Part shown: positions 22,228 to 32,128 of the stretch, piece by piece
Numbering within the stretch: the stretch's first letter is position 1
Layout: each line of letters starts with the position of its first letter
DNA from: Gammaproteobacteria bacterium
GTDB taxonomy: Bacteria > Pseudomonadota > Gammaproteobacteria > SZUA-229
DNA: 61,477 bases
Assembly: GCA_041589455.1 (NCBI GenBank)
Contig: JBFHVQ010000006.1
Span: 1-61,477, forward strand
Reading direction: 5' to 3'
Made by a program: the position numbers and the translations under genes
Notes under the pieces: generated by a model
Told to the model about the DNA's origin: nothing
Databases searched by the model: none
What the model saw: only the letters and a program-made list of their open reading frames with translations

Positions 22228-23406
22228 TCACTGCCCATCAAGGAACACCACGTTTGCTGCTTCAACAACTGGCTCATTGATGGCAATAATTTTTGCTTTA
22301 TCAAACAGATTAAATTCTGTTGAAGTAGCAGATGTATATGCCCCCATCTGATGCCCCACTAATAGATCACCAATACTTAGTGGCGGTATACTGATATTTT
22401 CAGCAATTACATCAATGCTGTCACAGGTTGGTCCTGCGAGTACGGCTGTTTCGTTTTTATCCATATCGCTAAATAATGTTAGTGGATAACTCGCATGATC
22501 AAACAATTGCCCAGAGTATGAGCCATAAACACCGTCATCCAGATAATACCAGGTCGTGTCACCACGCTTTGCCTTACCCATTACCGTTGAGATAGAAACC
22601 ATTGAGGGTGCAGAAATAAAGCGCCCGGGCTCTGCAATAACACGAATGTGATCAGGTAACTGCTGTAGTGCCGTTCTAATCGGCGCACAGAAAGCTTCGA
22701 TTTCCATCACCGACGCCTGGTATTGCACCGGGAAACCACCACCGATATCCAGTATCGATAATAGCTTGCCACACTCATCCTGCACCTGTTCAATTATCTG
22801 CACACACTGTTGTACAGCATGCACATGATTACGCGAGTCTGGGCACTGTGAGCCTGCATGAAATGACAGTCCTTTCACGTGGAGACCGAGTTGCTGCGCT
22901 TTCTGAATAAGCAATGTGACTTCATCTGCGCGGCAACCAAACTTACGCGACAGATCAATAGGTGTATCTGGATTTGGAAAGCTGACTCGCACGAGCAATC
23001 CAACACGATGCCGATAATCGATAAATTTCTCCAGCTCCCAGACATTATCGACAACAAAAGTTGTACAACCAAAGCGTAAGGCATCACGAATATCTTTATC
23101 GCGTTTAATGGGATGAGTATGAATCGTATTACGCGCACTCACTTTCTGCGCACGCAGTAGCTCGACCTCTCCGCTGGTGGCAATATCAAAGCCCGAACCC
23201 AGTGCATTCAGGGTTTTGATTACAGATGGATGTGGTAAGGATTTAATCGCATAAAATAATCCAACACCAGGTAAAGCCTGGCTCAATGCCTGATACTGGG
23301 CTGTCACTTTGTCACAGTCGAGTACCAACAATGGTGAACCATACTGTTGTACCAGTTGCTGATACTCTTTTGCTTTATCTGTGCTTTCAACTGTTATGCG
23401 ATTCAT
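22228..23406 (-). CDS. Fold-III PLP ornithine/lysine decarboxylase
   Basis: YAIKS (PLP Lys), HAGSQ, DIGGGF, EPGRF, GPTCDSID; last gene of the speD-speE operon. Confidence 0.88.
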   Translation of the reverse strand: MNRITVESTDKAKEYQQLVQQYGSPLLVLDCDKVTAQYQALSQALPGVGLFYAIKSLPHPSVIKTLNALGSGFDIATSGEVELLRAQKVSARNTIHTHPIKRDKDIRDALRFGCTTFVVDNVWELEKFIDYRHRVGLLVRVSFPNPDTPIDLSRKFGCRADEVTLLIQKAQQLGLHVKGLSFHAGSQCPDSRNHVHAVQQCVQIIEQVQDECGKLLSILDIGGGFPVQYQASVMEIEAFCAPIRTALQQLPDHIRVIAEPGRFISAPSMVSISTVMGKAKRGDTTWYYLDDGVYGSYSGQLFDHASYPLTLFSDMDKNETAVLAGPTCDSIDVIAENISIPPLSIGDLLVGHQMGAYTSATSTEFNLFDKAKIIAINEPVVEAANVVFLDGQ

Positions 23407-23411
23407 GGCAT

Positions 23412-24263
23412 TTATCCTGCTGAGAGGGCGTCCACAATATACTGAGGCAAGGCGAAACTGGCCACATGTATTGCCGGATTATAATAACGTGTTTTAATAG
23501 CTGCCGCATTAAAGCGCTGTGTTATCAGATCAACACTTAAATCACGATATTCCGTATTTTGTGTGGCCCATGCAAAGGTCATTATGCCACCAATATAGGT
23601 CGGCACCGCAGCACTGTAAAATGACTGATCAGAAAAATATGTCTGCATGCGCTTTGCCGTGGTGGTGACTTCATCCAGTTGCATAAACGCCACACCATTC
23701 TGCGTTACCAGAATACCGTCTTCATTCAGGCAATTTTTACAATTTTCATAAAAATCTGATGTAAATAATACATCACCAGGACCAATGGGATCGGTGCTAT
23801 CTGAAATGATGACATCAAACTTCTCACTACACTCACGTACAAAATTAGCACCATCATCAATAACTATATTTACCCGCGAATCATCATAGGCACCGGCACT
23901 GTGATTTGGCAGAAACTCTTTACACATTTCGACCACCTGGTCATCAATTTCAACCTGGGTAATATGCTCTACCATTGCATGCTTACATACTTCACGCAGC
24001 ATGCCACCGTCACCACCACCAATAATTAGTACACGTTTAACATTCCCATGTGCCAGTAGCGGCACATGAGTTAACATTTCATGATAGATGAATTCATCGG
24101 CTTCTGTAGTCTGAATAATGCCATCCAGTGCCATCACTCGTCCAAACTTGGCATTTTCAAAAATCACCAGATGCTGATGCTCGGTTTTATTTTCGAAATA
24201 GACCTTGTCTACTGAAAATTCCTGACCGTAGGCATCATATAGCGTTTCAGTGTAGGTTTTCAT
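23412..24263 (-). CDS. speE: Spermidine synthase (polyamine aminopropyltransferase)
   Basis: [28 protein letters not shown]. Confidence 0.95.
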   Translation of the reverse strand: MKTYTETLYDAYGQEFSVDKVYFENKTEHQHLVIFENAKFGRVMALDGIIQTTEADEFIYHEMLTHVPLLAHGNVKRVLIIGGGDGGMLREVCKHAMVEHITQVEIDDQVVEMCKEFLPNHSAGAYDDSRVNIVIDDGANFVRECSEKFDVIISDSTDPIGPGDVLFTSDFYENCKNCLNEDGILVTQNGVAFMQLDEVTTTAKRMQTYFSDQSFYSAAVPTYIGGIMTFAWATQNTEYRDLSVDLITQRFNAAAIKTRYYNPAIHVASFALPQYIVDALSAG

Positions 24264-24778
24264 TTCTGTACCCGGCCACGCAACTCTTCTGTGACTTCTA
24301 ATCGATGCGGGAAGAATGCACGCTTTAATACTGGCACAGCATTTTCAGGCTCTGCATCGCCACACATAAACACATCGAACGCTGCATAGTCGCGCTCAGG
24401 CCAGGTATGCACACTGATATGTGATTCAGCAAGTACTGCCACACCTGAAATACCGCCACTTGGCGTAAAGTGATGCAGGTGAATATGAAGTAGTGTAGCG
24501 CCACATTTTTCGACGATTTCGCGCATCGCCTTTTCCATGCGATCGAGGTCATCCAGGTGACTCGCCCCCCATAGATCTAGCAGCAGGTGTGTGCCGGCAA
24601 ATTCAACGCCGTTACGCTGAATAAAGTGGTCTTTGGCTTCAACCAGATCAACAGAGTTCTGATCATTGGATGCCGTATTTTGTTGGGCCGCCAGTACGTC
24701 AACCGAGTTGTCGTTCCAACGGCCCACTTCCGCGGTGGGATCTTCCAGTTCCACCTCAACAGGTGCAGCTATATGCAT
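24260..24778 (-). CDS. speD: S-adenosylmethionine decarboxylase proenzyme (short class 1B type)
   Basis: [13 protein letters not shown] self-cleavage site, DVFMCG; overlaps the speE start; GAGGAG RBS. Confidence 0.93.
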   Translation of the reverse strand: MHIAAPVEVELEDPTAEVGRWNDNSVDVLAAQQNTASNDQNSVDLVEAKDHFIQRNGVEFAGTHLLLDLWGASHLDDLDRMEKAMREIVEKCGATLLHIHLHHFTPSGGISGVAVLAESHISVHTWPERDYAAFDVFMCGDAEPENAVPVLKRAFFPHRLEVTEELRGRVQK

Positions 24779-24822
24779 TCGTGTCTCCTCAACAGCTAGA
24801 CAGCTTGATAAGTTCAGCTAGT

Positions 24823-24945
24823 AAAAAATACGCGCTGCTTTCAAGCCAGTGAGGACCAAAAAGCAACGCTACAGTTCGGGAACCATAAATACTCTGGGTA
24901 TAGTTTAGGAAGCGGGAATTTTAGTCACGAAACGCAAAAAAGCAA
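24823..24945 (-). promoter_or_regulatory. Sigma-70-like promoter and terminator-like hairpin in the speD leader
   Basis: Minus strand: TTGCTT(24945-40)-N16-TAAAAT(24923-18). Stem GCGTTGCTTT(24869-60)/AAAGCAGCGC(24841-32) followed by GTA-T6. Confidence 0.5.
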
Positions 24946-25024
24946 GCATTTTAGCAGGTGAGCAAAGTGACATATTAATGGGCATATTTCCCAGACAATT
25001 CATTTTGCCTGAAGCCATTATTAA

Positions 25025-25507
25025 CTATTTATTTTTATTACGTTTTTTCTGAAAGAACTGTTGTAGCTGCTGCCGGCACTCAGATTCCAGCACACCACCC
25101 TGCACTTCAATTCTATGATTGTGTATGCCATCTGTAATCAAAGAAATGGCACTGCCAGCAGCTCCTGTCTTCTCATCATAGGCACCAAACACCAGACGCC
25201 TGACTCGGGCATGAATCATCGCACCCACACACATCGAGCAGGGTTCCAGCGTCACATAGAGGGTGGTATCGATTAAGCGGTAATTATTAAGCGCTTTACC
25301 GGCCTGCCGAATCGCCTGCATTTCTGCATGAGCCGAAGGATCATGCGACTGAATTGGCTGGTTCCAACCTGCTGCGACAAGCTGATTGTCCATTACAATC
25401 AAGGCTCCAACGGGCACTTCATCTTCCGCCTCGGCCCTGGCCGCCAGTTGCAGCGCTTTTTGCATCCAGTATTCATCGGTTTTGGTTTCACACATCATGA
25501 ACGACAC
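25025..25507 (-). CDS. tadA: tRNA adenosine(34) deaminase
   Basis: EVPVGA, HAE, EPCSMC. True start is probably ATG 25498 or 25495. Confidence 0.95.
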   Translation of the reverse strand: MSFMMCETKTDEYWMQKALQLAARAEAEDEVPVGALIVMDNQLVAAGWNQPIQSHDPSAHAEMQAIRQAGKALNNYRLIDTTLYVTLEPCSMCVGAMIHARVRRLVFGAYDEKTGAAGSAISLITDGIHNHRIEVQGGVLESECRQQLQQFFQKKRNKNK

Positions 25508-25696
25508 AGCTTTATCAGGGGAGTTATTATTATGGCTTAATCAGCCATCCTGGCAACGTATACTCGCAATTACAGCTCCACATCGCAACCATAAATCATT
25601 TACACCAGCCTATTTACTCTCTCTCGGTGCGTATATTGATTCGCCAGGATAGTTTAAAATACGCCCTTTATAGATAGAGCGTAAAAAACAACCCGC

Positions 25697-26512
25697 ATGG
25701 CAATCATACTTCTCTGCGACAATGGCTCCAGCAAACCTCAGGCAACCGTACAATTACGTTACCTGGCTGCTCGATTAAGCCAGAAAGTCAACAAAACCAT
25801 ATACCCGGTATCGCTACAACATGCTGACAAAATTCCTGCTGAAGAACTGGACAATATCCCGGCGATGACATTCACGCCTTTCTTACAGGCCATGCTGGAG
25901 CGTGGCGAACATGAATTTATTGTTTTGCCACTGTTTTTTGGTAACAGCAAAGCCGTTAGCAAGTTTATTCCTGATGAGGTAGAAAAACTCAAATCAACCG
26001 GTAGTGATCTATCCGTTGATGTCGCGGATATCATTTATCCTCTGCCCGAAGGCGAACAACGCTTGCCACATATTCTGGCAGAACATATCAATCAGAACCT
26101 TTTCGAAGACATCGAAGGCACACAAAAAGCGGTACTGGTCGATCACGGCTCCCCCAGCCCCAACGTCACCGAGGTTAGAAAACACATCGCTGAAAACATA
26201 AAACCATTACTGGATAAACACATCCAGCTCGAACAGGCAGTAATGGAGAGACGCGAAGGTAGCGAGTATGACTTTAATGGCGAACTACTGGAAAACTGGC
26301 TGACTCAACAGGCCGAAAACGGCGAAACCGCCGTGATTATTGCCCTGATGTTCTTCCTTCCAGGCAAACATGCCGGCGTGAATGGGGATATCGACATGAT
26401 CTGCCATTCGGTACTCAGCAAATATCCGGATTTACGCATTCGTATGACACCGCTAATCTGCGAACACCCGGATTTTCTAAACATACTGGAAACGCGTTTA
26501 AATACGCTATGA
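25697..26512 (+). CDS. CbiX/SirB-like class II chelatase-family protein
   Basis: Two repeats: DNGS...SLQH...PLFF and DHGSP...FFLPGKH. Confidence 0.75.
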   Translation: MAIILLCDNGSSKPQATVQLRYLAARLSQKVNKTIYPVSLQHADKIPAEELDNIPAMTFTPFLQAMLERGEHEFIVLPLFFGNSKAVSKFIPDEVEKLKSTGSDLSVDVADIIYPLPEGEQRLPHILAEHINQNLFEDIEGTQKAVLVDHGSPSPNVTEVRKHIAENIKPLLDKHIQLEQAVMERREGSEYDFNGELLENWLTQQAENGETAVIIALMFFLPGKHAGVNGDIDMICHSVLSKYPDLRIRMTPLICEHPDFLNILETRLNTL

Positions 26513-26562
26513 AAATAAACCAGCCTGATAAAACTGTTGCTACTTATTAGAACAACAATAAA

Positions 26563-26901
26563 TCAGGCCTTTTTGACATGCTTGGACTTAAGCTTCAAGC
26601 CACCCAGCCCTGGTACTTTACAGTCGATATCATGATCTGCATTTTCAGCCGGATCAATCAGGCGAATATTTTTCACCTTGGTCCCCACCTTAACTACAGA
26701 CGATGAACCCTTTATCTTCAAATCTTTCGTCACAATAACCGAATCACCATTTTCCAGAATATGACCATTCATATCCCGCACTAAAGATTCATCCAGCGAC
26801 TGATCCTGAGGCCACTCATGCCCACAAGAGGGACAAACAAACATCTCACCATCTTCATAGGTGTATTCCGATTGGCATTCAGGACAGTTGGGTAAACTCA
26901 T
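26563..26901 (-). CDS. PhnA/YjdM zinc-ribbon protein
   Basis: CPEC...CPSCGHEW; [14 protein letters not shown]...GTKVKNIRL. Confidence 0.9.
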   Translation of the reverse strand: MSLPNCPECQSEYTYEDGEMFVCPSCGHEWPQDQSLDESLVRDMNGHILENGDSVIVTKDLKIKGSSSVVKVGTKVKNIRLIDPAENADHDIDCKVPGLGGLKLKSKHVKKA

Positions 26902-27328
26902 ATTGGCCGATTCTTATTGTGAGAAAAGACGATATTGTAATTGATTAAGCTGATTCTGGTTAGAGTTTATAAATGTTAACTTCAGAGGTAGAGTAAAATT
27001 CACAGGAAAATCCAGTTAGAGGCTATAAGACTTAGCATTCTTATAGCCCATAAACAAAAGGATACAGACTCCTTTATTCCGCCCCCCTTTTATCGCTGGC
27101 ACTATTTACAGTTCACTGAACATACACCTGGATAGTTAAATAAAAAATCGTTTTATCTTATCTAACGTCTCATGAAAGTAACAAGGTTCAAGCCATCTCA
27201 TCTCTCCAGTTTTTTCTTTTCATATTGAAGTATTTATTCAAATAAAAATTTACAAAGTTAACATTTCAAGCACTTATTCCAAACAGTCAAATCACATACA
27301 ATACGCGTTCTTAATAAAGGGGAAAGTA

Positions 27329-27898
27329 ATGCGCCTGCAAGATATCCTACGCTATAAAAATCGGGGTGGAATTTTACGTTATCTCCCCATGGCCTTTCAG
27401 TTTCTAGGTGTCAAAGGCAGCGCCATCGCTATTGCCGTGCTCATCGGTTATGGCCTCGTTTCTGGCAACCTAAACAATTTGCTATCTAGCACCAGCCTTA
27501 CTCAATCTGGAGACTTGAACAAGCGTGACGCATACCCGCAGACTAACGCAGCAGCTAATAATTCAGCCGACCAACAATTACTTGATGCATATAAAAACCA
27601 GAAAAGCGATCTACAAGTTCAGGGTACTGGCACAGTTAAGCGCATACTTCCAGATGATAACGAAGGTAGTCGACACCAGAAATTCATTCTACAAATGGAT
27701 ACCGGCCAATCAATACTGATTGCACATAATATCGACCTGGCACCACGAATCGATTCACTACATAAAGGTGAACGTGTTGAGTTCTATGGCGAATATGAGT
27801 GGAGCAAACAGGGCGGCGTAGTCCACTGGACACATGATGACCCGGCAGGCCGACATGCACATGGGTGGTTAAAACATAAAGGTAAAATCTACCAGTAA
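27329..27898 (+). CDS. DUF3465-type membrane-anchored protein
   Basis: LPDDNEGSRHQKFI, AHNIDLAPR, GEYEW...GGVVHWTHDDP. Confidence 0.8.
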   Translation: MRLQDILRYKNRGGILRYLPMAFQFLGVKGSAIAIAVLIGYGLVSGNLNNLLSSTSLTQSGDLNKRDAYPQTNAAANNSADQQLLDAYKNQKSDLQVQGTGTVKRILPDDNEGSRHQKFILQMDTGQSILIAHNIDLAPRIDSLHKGERVEFYGEYEWSKQGGVVHWTHDDPAGRHAHGWLKHKGKIYQ

Positions 27899-28158
27899 AA
27901 ATAGAATACATAATGAGAAACCGCAATTATTGCTAATAATCAGCCCTGAATAAGTCACAATCTCGCTAGAGCGTTTTACCCATCCAGTTTCATTTCTCTG
28001 TTGCCCGCTTATGTGAGAAGCAAACCTTTATGTAATAAATTTGATCTGACTCCTACAAGCTGTTATCTGGTTACTCTAACCAATATCCAGTCAGTTTTTT
28101 TAGTTAAAGCGAATAAATGCCATTTCGGAGAAAAGCTAGAATTAAACATGAATGATAC

Positions 28159-28184
28159 TGTCCCCGAAAAAGTATTCGGGGACA
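28159..28184. repeat. Inverted repeat downstream of guaA (REP-like or terminator)
   Basis: TGTCCCCGAA-6 nt-TTCGGGGACA, a perfect 10-bp stem. Confidence 0.6.
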
Positions 28185-28210
28185 TCGGGAAAATCTGGAA
28201 TTATTTTATC

Positions 28211-29791
28211 TTATTCCCACTCAATCGTGCCTGGTGGTTTACCGGTAATGTCATATACCACACGCGAGATACCATCGACTTCATTAACAATGCGTCGCGA
28301 CACATTATCAAGAAAATCATAGGGCAGATGCGCCCAACGTGCCGTCATAAAGTCGATGGTTTCAACTGCACGGAGTGACACTACCCACTGGTAACGGCGA
28401 CCGTCGCCGGTTACGCCAACGGATTTCACTGGCAGGAATACCGTGAACGCCTGGGATACACCATGATAAAGATCATGCTTGTAAAGCTCTTCGATAAAGA
28501 TGTGATCGGCAAGGCGAAGAATATCCGCATACTCTTTTTTCACTTCACCAAGAATACGCACACCTAAACCCGGGCCGGGGAAAGGATGACGATAAACCAT
28601 ATCGTATGGCAGACCTAACTCAACACCGAGCTTACGCACTTCGTCTTTAAACAGTTCACGCAGTGGCTCACAAAGTTTAAGCTTCATATAGTCCGGTAAT
28701 CCACCGACATTATGGTGAGATTTAATCAGGTGCGCCTTGCCGGTTTTTGCACCGGCAGATTCAATCACATCTGGGTAGATCGTACCCTGCGCCAGCCATT
28801 TGGCATTCGATAGTTTCGCCGCTTCTTCTTCAAAAATATCGACAAACATATTGCCAATAATTTTACGTTTGTCTTCCGGGTCGTTCTTACCTTTCAGTGC
28901 ATCGAGAAAACGTTGCTCTGCGTCCACACGAATGACTTTCACACCCATGTGCTCGCCGAAGGTTTTCATTACCTGATCGCCTTCTTTATAACGCAGCAGC
29001 CCGTTATCAACAAACACACAGGTTAGCTGATCGCCAATTGCACGATGTAACAGCGCGGCAACCACAGAGGAATCAACACCACCGGACAGACCCAGTAAAA
29101 CCTCATCATCACCAACCTGTTCACGGATCGTGCTAATTGAATCGTCGATAATATTGTCAGCAGTCCACAGATTTGCACAACCACAAATATCATGCACAAA
29201 GCGCTCGATAATTCGCTGGCCCTGGTTAGTGTGCGTCACTTCCGGGTGGAACTGCACGCCGTAGAAATTTTTCTCTTCATTGGCGATACCGGCAATCGGT
29301 GCGGAATCTGTTGACGCCATCAGTTTGAAACCTTCCGGCATGTCAACCACACGGTCACCGTGACTCATCCAGACATCCAGCATACCGTAACCTTCTTCGG
29401 TGACGTGATCTTCAATATCTTTTAACAGACGGGTATGACCACGGGCACGCACCTGGGCATAGCCATATTCGTGATGATCGGCATTTTCAACCTTACCACC
29501 CAGCTGAGCTGTCATGGTTTGCATACCGTAGCAGATACCCAGAACCGGCAACCCCATTTCAAAAACACTATCCGGTGCACGAGGTGAATCATTACCGGTT
29601 ACGGTTTCAGGACCACCCGAGAGAATAATTCCCTTCGGATTAAACGCCTTAATATCTTCATCACTCACGTCCCAGGCATAAAGCTCACAATAAACACCTG
29701 CTTCGCGAATACGACGCGCAATCAACTGTGTGTACTGAGAACCAAAGTCGAGAATAAGAATACGATCTGAATGTATATTTTGTGTTGTCAT
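28211..29791 (-). CDS. guaA: GMP synthase (glutamine-hydrolysing)
   Basis: [32 protein letters not shown]. Confidence 0.98.
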   Translation of the reverse strand: MTTQNIHSDRILILDFGSQYTQLIARRIREAGVYCELYAWDVSDEDIKAFNPKGIILSGGPETVTGNDSPRAPDSVFEMGLPVLGICYGMQTMTAQLGGKVENADHHEYGYAQVRARGHTRLLKDIEDHVTEEGYGMLDVWMSHGDRVVDMPEGFKLMASTDSAPIAGIANEEKNFYGVQFHPEVTHTNQGQRIIERFVHDICGCANLWTADNIIDDSISTIREQVGDDEVLLGLSGGVDSSVVAALLHRAIGDQLTCVFVDNGLLRYKEGDQVMKTFGEHMGVKVIRVDAEQRFLDALKGKNDPEDKRKIIGNMFVDIFEEEAAKLSNAKWLAQGTIYPDVIESAGAKTGKAHLIKSHHNVGGLPDYMKLKLCEPLRELFKDEVRKLGVELGLPYDMVYRHPFPGPGLGVRILGEVKKEYADILRLADHIFIEELYKHDLYHGVSQAFTVFLPVKSVGVTGDGRRYQWVVSLRAVETIDFMTARWAHLPYDFLDNVSRRIVNEVDGISRVVYDITGKPPGTIEWE

Positions 29792-29900
29792 GGAATGCCG
29801 TTTCTATGTAGGTTTATATCGCCTTTGACAAGGCTTATCTTATTAGCTCTGGCCTTAAAGCCTTGGCATGACTTCGTATAGAGCTGGGTGGTGTCACTAT

Positions 29901-29934
29901 GGGGACAGAGCTCAAAAAGCTGAAGTCTGTCCCC
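29901..29934. repeat. Inverted repeat in the guaB-guaA spacer (REP-like)
   Basis: GGGGACAGA(29901-09)/TCTGTCCCC(29926-34). Confidence 0.6.
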
Positions 29935-29953
29935 GGGCATTACTAGCTGTCGA

Positions 29954-31411
29954 TTATGTTCGGTAGTTAGGTGCTTCTTTTGTAATGGTCACATCGTGTA
30001 CATGAGACTCTTTCATACCGGCACCGGTGATTTTCACAAACTCCGGTTTCGTACGCATCTCCTGCAGGTCACCACAACCCACATAACCCATACTGGAGCG
30101 AATACCACCTAATAACTGATGCACAATGGCCGACATATTGCCTTTATAAGGCACACGGCCTTCGATACCTTCCGGTACCAGCTTCTCAGCACCTGCATCT
30201 TTATCCTGGAAGTAACGGTCACTGGAACCCTGTTCCATTGCGCCGATTGATCCCATACCACGATAAGACTTATATGAACGACCCTGATATAAAATTACTT
30301 CGCCCGGTGCTTCTTCAGTACCGGCTAGTAGCCCACCAATCATCACACTGTAAGCGCCCGCCGCCAGAGCTTTTGCAATATCACCAGAATAACGAATACC
30401 ACCATCTGCAATCAATGGAACACCGGTGCCTTCAAGTTCTTTGGCAACATTGGATACCGCTGAGATCTGCGGAACACCAACACCAGCCACAATACGTGTC
30501 GTACAGATCGAACCGGGACCGATACCAACTTTAACACCATCTGCACCGGCATCAACCAGGTCACGAGCCGCCTGTGCCGTTGCAATATTTCCACCAATAA
30601 CCTGAACCTGAGGGAAGTTTTTCTTAACCCAGGCAACACGGCTGATAACACCCTGGGAATGGCCATGCGCTGTATCCACAACAATCACATCTACACCCGC
30701 TGCTGCCAGTGCAGTGACACGGTCTTCAGTTTCTGCGCCGGTACCCACAGCAGCACCAACGCGCAAACGACCGAGCTCATCTTTGCATGCATTGGGGAAG
30801 TCATCAGATTTTTGCATGTCCTTAACCGTAATCATGCCTCTCAGCTTGAAATGGTCATTAACCACCAGCACTTTCTCGATACGATGTTTGTGCAGCAGGC
30901 TCAATACCTCTTCACGTTCCGCACCTTCTTTAACAGTAACCAGCTTATCTTTCGGTGTCATAATGCTCGATACAGGCTGTGTAAGGTCTGTAGCAAAACG
31001 CCTGTCACGTGAAGTAATAATGCCGACCAGGTCTTCACCTTCAACAACAGGTACACCAGAAATGCGATTATCCTGGGTTAGATCGACCACTTCCTGGATG
31101 GTTGTATCCGGAGAAACTGTAATCGGTTCACTGATAACACCCGACTCATATTTTTTGACTGTAGAAACATTTCTGGCCTGCTCTTCGATCGACATATTCT
31201 TATGAATAATGCCAATACCACCTTCCTGTGCCAGTGCAATTGCCAGACGAGCCTCGGTTACGGTGTCCATCGCGGCCGAAATAAGGGGAATATTGAGTTT
31301 AATATCACGTGTTAGCTGTGTGCCCAGTACTACATCATTGGGCAGAACCGTTGAGTGGGCGGGAATCAGCAGCACATCGTCAAAAGTGAGTGCTTCCTGG
31401 ACAATTCGCAT
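29954..31411 (-). CDS. guaB: IMP dehydrogenase
   Basis: [11 protein letters not shown] pair, [11 protein letters not shown]. Confidence 0.98.
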   Translation of the reverse strand: MRIVQEALTFDDVLLIPAHSTVLPNDVVLGTQLTRDIKLNIPLISAAMDTVTEARLAIALAQEGGIGIIHKNMSIEEQARNVSTVKKYESGVISEPITVSPDTTIQEVVDLTQDNRISGVPVVEGEDLVGIITSRDRRFATDLTQPVSSIMTPKDKLVTVKEGAEREEVLSLLHKHRIEKVLVVNDHFKLRGMITVKDMQKSDDFPNACKDELGRLRVGAAVGTGAETEDRVTALAAAGVDVIVVDTAHGHSQGVISRVAWVKKNFPQVQVIGGNIATAQAARDLVDAGADGVKVGIGPGSICTTRIVAGVGVPQISAVSNVAKELEGTGVPLIADGGIRYSGDIAKALAAGAYSVMIGGLLAGTEEAPGEVILYQGRSYKSYRGMGSIGAMEQGSSDRYFQDKDAGAEKLVPEGIEGRVPYKGNMSAIVHQLLGGIRSSMGYVGCGDLQEMRTKPEFVKITGAGMKESHVHDVTITKEAPNYRT

Positions 31412-31623
31412 ATCGGCTCCTGTTCTGTCTGGTAAATCGATAAATTATATAAGGAAAATCTAAACAATTCATCTTTTTTATGGTCAACAAAAGGTGCGCC
31501 CGAATTAAAAAATCCACTTGAACCCATCGCTCTCTCAGTTACAATCTGTCTGCTGAGTAAAAATAATCAGCTAGATTTTACTAATATAGAAAATCACTAC
31601 ATAAAATATAATTAGAGGTACTT

Positions 31624-31950
31624 ATGAACCACGCTAAAAAACTTGCTGTCATTTCACTGGCAGCGCTAATACACACTGGCTGCGCTAGTATGGGGGGTGA
31701 CAGCGCTAGCACGACTGCTGACCTGAATTCATACCAGATGGCCGCAAATGAAGCCGATGCAGCCATTAAAAATGCAGCTCAGGCGAACAATGTCTGGAGA
31801 GATAGTAGAAAAATACTAAATAAAGCAGTAAAACTTGCAGAGTCTGGTGATTTTGAAAAAGCCACTGAATTAGCCTTAAAAGCTAAACGCCAGGGTGAAC
31901 TGGCAATCATTCAGGCATCTGCTCAAGTAGGTGCTGGCCCTATCCAGTAA
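31624..31950 (+). CDS. Lipoprotein resembling the SoxXA-binding protein (SoxK/SAXB)
   Basis: Lipobox-like HTGC; helical WRDSRKILNKA...GDFEKATELALKAKRQGELAIIQ pattern; AGAGG RBS. Confidence 0.6.
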   Translation: MNHAKKLAVISLAALIHTGCASMGGDSASTTADLNSYQMAANEADAAIKNAAQANNVWRDSRKILNKAVKLAESGDFEKATELALKAKRQGELAIIQASAQVGAGPIQ

Positions 31951-31992
31951 ACCGATTTTTGTGGTCAAACAATCGGGCTTACCGAAAAAATC

Positions 31993-32025
31993 AAGCCGGG
32001 CAAACATAGCTAGCCCGGCTTTTTT
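31993..32025 (+). terminator. Rho-independent terminator
   Basis: AAGCCGGGC...GCCCGGCTT followed by a T run. Confidence 0.8.
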
Positions 32026-32128
32026 ATGGACACAATAAAACCAGCATAACCTATTTACCATTCCCCATTGGCGCTGGCACTATTAGAAAATTATTTACAG
32101 ACAGAAGATTCCCCGTATTATTCCGCTT

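Noticed and set aside
28001-28378. 125-aa plus-strand ORF
   Set aside because: TTG start, overlaps the guaA 3' end antisense, runs through palindromic repeats, no recognisable motif.
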